From positions 62,001-126,000 of the IMG/VR virus record IMGVR_UViG_3300025000_000053: a DNA stretch of 64,000 nucleotides. The stretch is one strand, 5' to 3'. Position 1 is the stretch's first letter. The number at the start of each line of letters is the position of its first letter. Positions 60,619 through 64,000 of this stretch are shown here, in pieces. A program made the position numbers and the translations under genes. The notes beneath the pieces are model-generated. The model worked only from the letters and a program-made list of their open reading frames with translations. It was not told the DNA's origin and did not search any database.

Positions 60619-60885
60619 ATGCCAGATTTACAAGTGGCAGCGGTTCAACGTGTAAAATTACCAGATGGAACATACGCTATTGTTTATCCAGTTAATACAG
60701 TAGAAGAAGTGTTTTTAGATACAACTAAAAAAGTGAATTTAGCTCAAGCAATGAATGTGAGAAAAAAACCTATTGATTGTGGAACAAGTGTGCCAGCTAA
60801 TATTGTAACTACTGAAGATGGTGGTAATGCAGATTCTCTTTATTCGATGCATATGATTATTGATGGTGGTAGTGCTGGATTCTAA
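60619..60885 (+). CDS. Small structural-type protein
   Basis: 88-aa ORF (IVYPVNTVEEV; IIDGGS); AAGGGG SD. Confidence 0.6.
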   Translation: MPDLQVAAVQRVKLPDGTYAIVYPVNTVEEVFLDTTKKVNLAQAMNVRKKPIDCGTSVPANIVTTEDGGNADSLYSMHMIIDGGSAGF

Positions 60886-60914
60886 TTTTTTAACAATAAG
60901 GGAGGAATAATGAT

Positions 60915-61685
60915 ATGGATTTATCAAAAAAGTGGTACTTGGATGTTGGACATGGTGGAAGTGATTCTGGAGCAATAAATGCATACATTAAAGAAAAAGA
61001 CATAAATTTAATCGTGGCCCTTGAAGTCGGTAGAATTCTTCAATTAAATCAACAGATTGTTAAATATTCAAGAGATACTGATGTTGCCGTTGATCTAATT
61101 CAAAGGCCATTATTGGCAAATTCATGGGGAGCTGATTATTTTATTTCAATTCACCATAATGCTGGTGGTGGAAATGGATTAGAAGTAATCCATTCTATCA
61201 ATGGCGGACCAGGTAAACAATTAGCGGAATATATAGCTCCTATTATATCAGAGGGAACTGGACAAAATATTCGTAGAGTGTTTTCAAAAAAAGGAAATAA
61301 TGGGGACTATTATGCAGTAATTAAACATAGTTCAATGCCTGCAATTATTATTGAATATGGATTTTTAGATAATGCTGAAGACTATAAATTATTTGATACT
61401 AAACCAGAATTATTACTTGAAGCTAGATATATAGCAAAGGGTATTCTTAATTTTATTGGAATTAATCATATTAAAGACTGTGAAGAAATTACTCCCAAAC
61501 CTGAATTAATTAAAAAAAGTAAATATTTCTCGGATATACCTGACAATCATTGGTCTATTGACAATCTTGATAGAGCTAAAGAAATTGGTCTTATTTTTGG
61601 AACAGGTAAAGGTGAGATTGGTTTTTCTGAAGAATTAGCAAGAACAATAACATTTATACTTAGAGGTATTGATCTTAAAAAATAA
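60915..61685 (+). CDS. N-acetylmuramoyl-L-alanine amidase (Amidase_3) endolysin with C-terminal SLH-like domain
   Basis: LDVGHGG, KEKD, FISIHHNAGG, PAIIIEYGFLDN; FSDIPDNHWS...GLIFG. Confidence 0.9.
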   Translation: MDLSKKWYLDVGHGGSDSGAINAYIKEKDINLIVALEVGRILQLNQQIVKYSRDTDVAVDLIQRPLLANSWGADYFISIHHNAGGGNGLEVIHSINGGPGKQLAEYIAPIISEGTGQNIRRVFSKKGNNGDYYAVIKHSSMPAIIIEYGFLDNAEDYKLFDTKPELLLEARYIAKGILNFIGINHIKDCEEITPKPELIKKSKYFSDIPDNHWSIDNLDRAKEIGLIFGTGKGEIGFSEELARTITFILRGIDLKK

Positions 61686-61788
61686 TAAATATAATAGGTT
61701 GATTTTTTATCAACCTATTATATTTTTTTATCATATAATCAAAAACTATTATATAAAGACTTTTAAAAGGGAGTGTGAATTTTTTATT

Positions 61789-64000
61789 ATGATTGATCCA
61801 TTACAACTAATTTATAATAAAAATACTGTAAACTTAGAATCCATTGAAAAAACTTTAGTTGAAATAAAACAAAATTCTTTTAATCATTTATATAAAATAC
61901 AATTAGATTCAACTGGTTATAAAAGATTTGATTTAAAAATGAGTGATTTAAAGTTAATGAATACTATTGATAAAACAATCACTTATTATCCTAGAAAATA
62001 TATTGGTTTTATTAAAGAAGATTTTATAGATGAAAGATATAGATTATTGTATAAGAGGTCTGAATTTTTTAATAAAGAATTATCTCTTTTTGATATAGCA
62101 AATAATTCAAAAATTTTTATGAAAACCTTTATGGTGTTTATTAATGGTAAATTTTTTGATAATACTAAATTATTATGTAAGGGTGATACAACATATATTA
62201 TTTTTGATATAGCTGAGATAAATAACACTAATGGTATTCCTTATGAATATTTTGAAGAATTATTAACTATGGATGCCGATATTAGTATTATTATTATACC
62301 AAACTGTGAATATGGTATATATAATACCAATATCAATGTATTACGAGCTAATTCAAATGAATTGGCTTTAAGTAGATTTAATTTAGTTAATAGTTTAGAT
62401 ACTGAAAGTCAATATATTACTTTTGTTAATAATAATTCTTTCTTATTTTCCTCTGTTATAACGGATAGTGAAAATTCAGAAAGTCTTTTAAGATTTTATG
62501 ATAATACTTTTAGTAATTTTGATAGTGTATTAATTCATATTAATATATTTGGTTTTAGACATTTATTAGACCAAATTGATTTAATCGGAACTGATAAATA
62601 CTTCCAAATACCAATTCAAAATATGCCAATACCAATAGAAAACATAATGATTTTTAGAAATATTGATGGTAAAAAGTATTTTGCACATGATATCCAGTTA
62701 AAGTTGTATTATCCTAATATTTATGAAGTTCTTAATAATTATAATGATAATGATTTAACATTATATGTATTTTATTCAAATAATACATTTACTTCTGAAA
62801 AATATAAAAATGAATTAGAATTATATCATCAGTTGACAGATAATGTTTTAAATAAATATAAAGATAATTCTATTTCAGATATTATTAAAAACTTTCAACC
62901 TGATACTCTTGTATATGATTTAAATGATTTTAAAGAATTATCTTCAACACCAACAGAATATAAAATGAACACTTTAGATGAATGGGTTAAACAAAATGCT
63001 AATTTATTACAAAGTTATTTAAATAACCAAGCTAAAAAATCTGATGGCTATTATTTAGATATATCAAAAATTGATTTATCTACTAGATATAGGGAGAATA
63101 ATTATACTGAGATTATTGATGATAATTTAAGAGAGGTTTTTAATGAGCCACGTTATGTATTTATTTTTAGAAATGAATTTAATTCTGAATCTCTTAATTT
63201 AAGATTTTTTATTGATGGTATATTATATATACCCGATAAAGTTTATAAAACCGATAAATATGAATTTTTTTATATTCCTATAACTCTAATTAATGCAAAT
63301 TCTATAGTAGAAATAGAAAAAGTAAATAAAATATTTTTTAATCAAGTAATTAATATAAGTTCAATTGATGATTACATTGAATTAAATTTTCCAATAGAAA
63401 TTTCAGCCAATGATGTTTTTATTATTGATAATAATACTAATGTTTATATAGATAGAGATAAATTTTCTTTATACATCAAAGATGATGAAAATAATTATAA
63501 TGAAATAGTAAATAAATCATTTATTTCGTCAGCTGTATTTTATGTTAAACTAAAAGATGAGAACTTATTATTACAAAATTTATCATTAAATGTTATAAAA
63601 AATAGTTTAATTTATACTTGGTCTATTTTAACAGAAGAAGATAAAACTAGTTCATACACTATAAATAATAGTTTAATAAATGATAGAAGACAATTTAGAA
63701 TATTTAAAAATGAGGTATATATATTACCTAATTATAGCTATAATATAACCTTTGTTGATATTAATACTGTGATAGTTGATATTATCATGATAAAAAATAT
63801 AGGTGATGTTTTTACAATAGAAATTTCTCCAGATAAATTTAAAATGGTTTATGAACAAGATGAAATTGAAAGTAGTGGATTGGTTGATTTAACTGGGTTG
63901 ATATATAAACCTTTAGATTTAAATTGGTATGATATTTTTTTAAATGGTATTAAATTAAATAAAAATAATATAGAAATTTTATCACCAACTAAAATGATTA
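61789..64000 (+). CDS. Large partial ORF (over 730 aa), probable virion structural protein
   Basis: AAGGGAG SD, ATG at 61789, frame appears open to the window end; absent from the ORF track, consistent with no in-window stop. Confidence 0.7.
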   Translation, partial: MIDPLQLIYNKNTVNLESIEKTLVEIKQNSFNHLYKIQLDSTGYKRFDLKMSDLKLMNTIDKTITYYPRKYIGFIKEDFIDERYRLLYKRSEFFNKELSLFDIANNSKIFMKTFMVFINGKFFDNTKLLCKGDTTYIIFDIAEINNTNGIPYEYFEELLTMDADISIIIIPNCEYGIYNTNINVLRANSNELALSRFNLVNSLDTESQYITFVNNNSFLFSSVITDSENSESLLRFYDNTFSNFDSVLIHINIFGFRHLLDQIDLIGTDKYFQIPIQNMPIPIENIMIFRNIDGKKYFAHDIQLKLYYPNIYEVLNNYNDNDLTLYVFYSNNTFTSEKYKNELELYHQLTDNVLNKYKDNSISDIIKNFQPDTLVYDLNDFKELSSTPTEYKMNTLDEWVKQNANLLQSYLNNQAKKSDGYYLDISKIDLSTRYRENNYTEIIDDNLREVFNEPRYVFIFRNEFNSESLNLRFFIDGILYIPDKVYKTDKYEFFYIPITLINANSIVEIEKVNKIFFNQVINISSIDDYIELNFPIEISANDVFIIDNNTNVYIDRDKFSLYIKDDENNYNEIVNKSFISSAVFYVKLKDENLLLQNLSLNVIKNSLIYTWSILTEEDKTSSYTINNSLINDRRQFRIFKNEVYILPNYSYNITFVDINTVIVDIIMIKNIGDVFTIEISPDKFKMVYEQDEIESSGLVDLTGLIYKPLDLNWYDIFLNGIKLNKNNIEILSPTKMI

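Noticed and set aside
3955-62228. Short antisense or overlapping ORFs in the track (3955, 6222, 13016, 13696, 15031, 16402, 18867, 24775, 28535, 29637, 31132, 35829, 36623, 38800, 43734, 46030, 46670, 47548, 48243, 48618, 53137, 55431, 57098, 59132, 60739, 61986)
   Set aside because: They are shadows of longer, motif-bearing genes, with no convincing SD or motifs.
1-64000. tRNA, rRNA or tmRNA genes
   Set aside because: No T-loop/cloverleaf or rRNA-like sequence seen; the GC-richer non-coding segments are all introns. A tRNAscan run would be decisive.
1-64000. Phage nucleus system (chimallin/PhuZ)
   Set aside because: No tubulin motif or recognisable shell protein in this window. The unknown large ORFs cannot be assigned by eye.

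Overview
A very AT-rich (roughly 22-25% GC by eye) 64-kb segment of a jumbo phage genome of the phiKZ/AR9(PBS1) type. The host is probably a Bacillota species (SLH-bearing amidase, DUF6273-like and YopX genes). Minus-strand genes are mostly accessory, transcription and replication genes: three split multisubunit RNA polymerase beta-like subunits, RecA/UvsX, NAD ligase, GyrA/GyrB, DnaB-like and Dda/RecD-like helicases, SbcD and PD-(D/E)xK nucleases. Plus-strand genes are mostly virion, tail-fibre and lysis genes. Manual reading resolves seven group IA-like introns in four essential genes, with splice junctions that restore conserved motifs. Three are unusual: one appears to end in A rather than the near-universal omega-G, one has no P9 domain, and two flank a 15-nt micro-exon in recA whose last exon the ORF track misses. 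The introns are mosaics of one another and only one carries an HNH endonuclease. Other highlights are a PurA-family gene with PurZ/PurZ0-type signature residues (possible 2-aminoadenine DNA pathway), a decayed NADAR gene, a strand-oriented TATATATTAT promoter motif (17 copies found), a duplicated tail-fibre plus chaperone cassette and many tandem paralogue pairs. All family assignments come from motif recognition by eye; no database searches were run.
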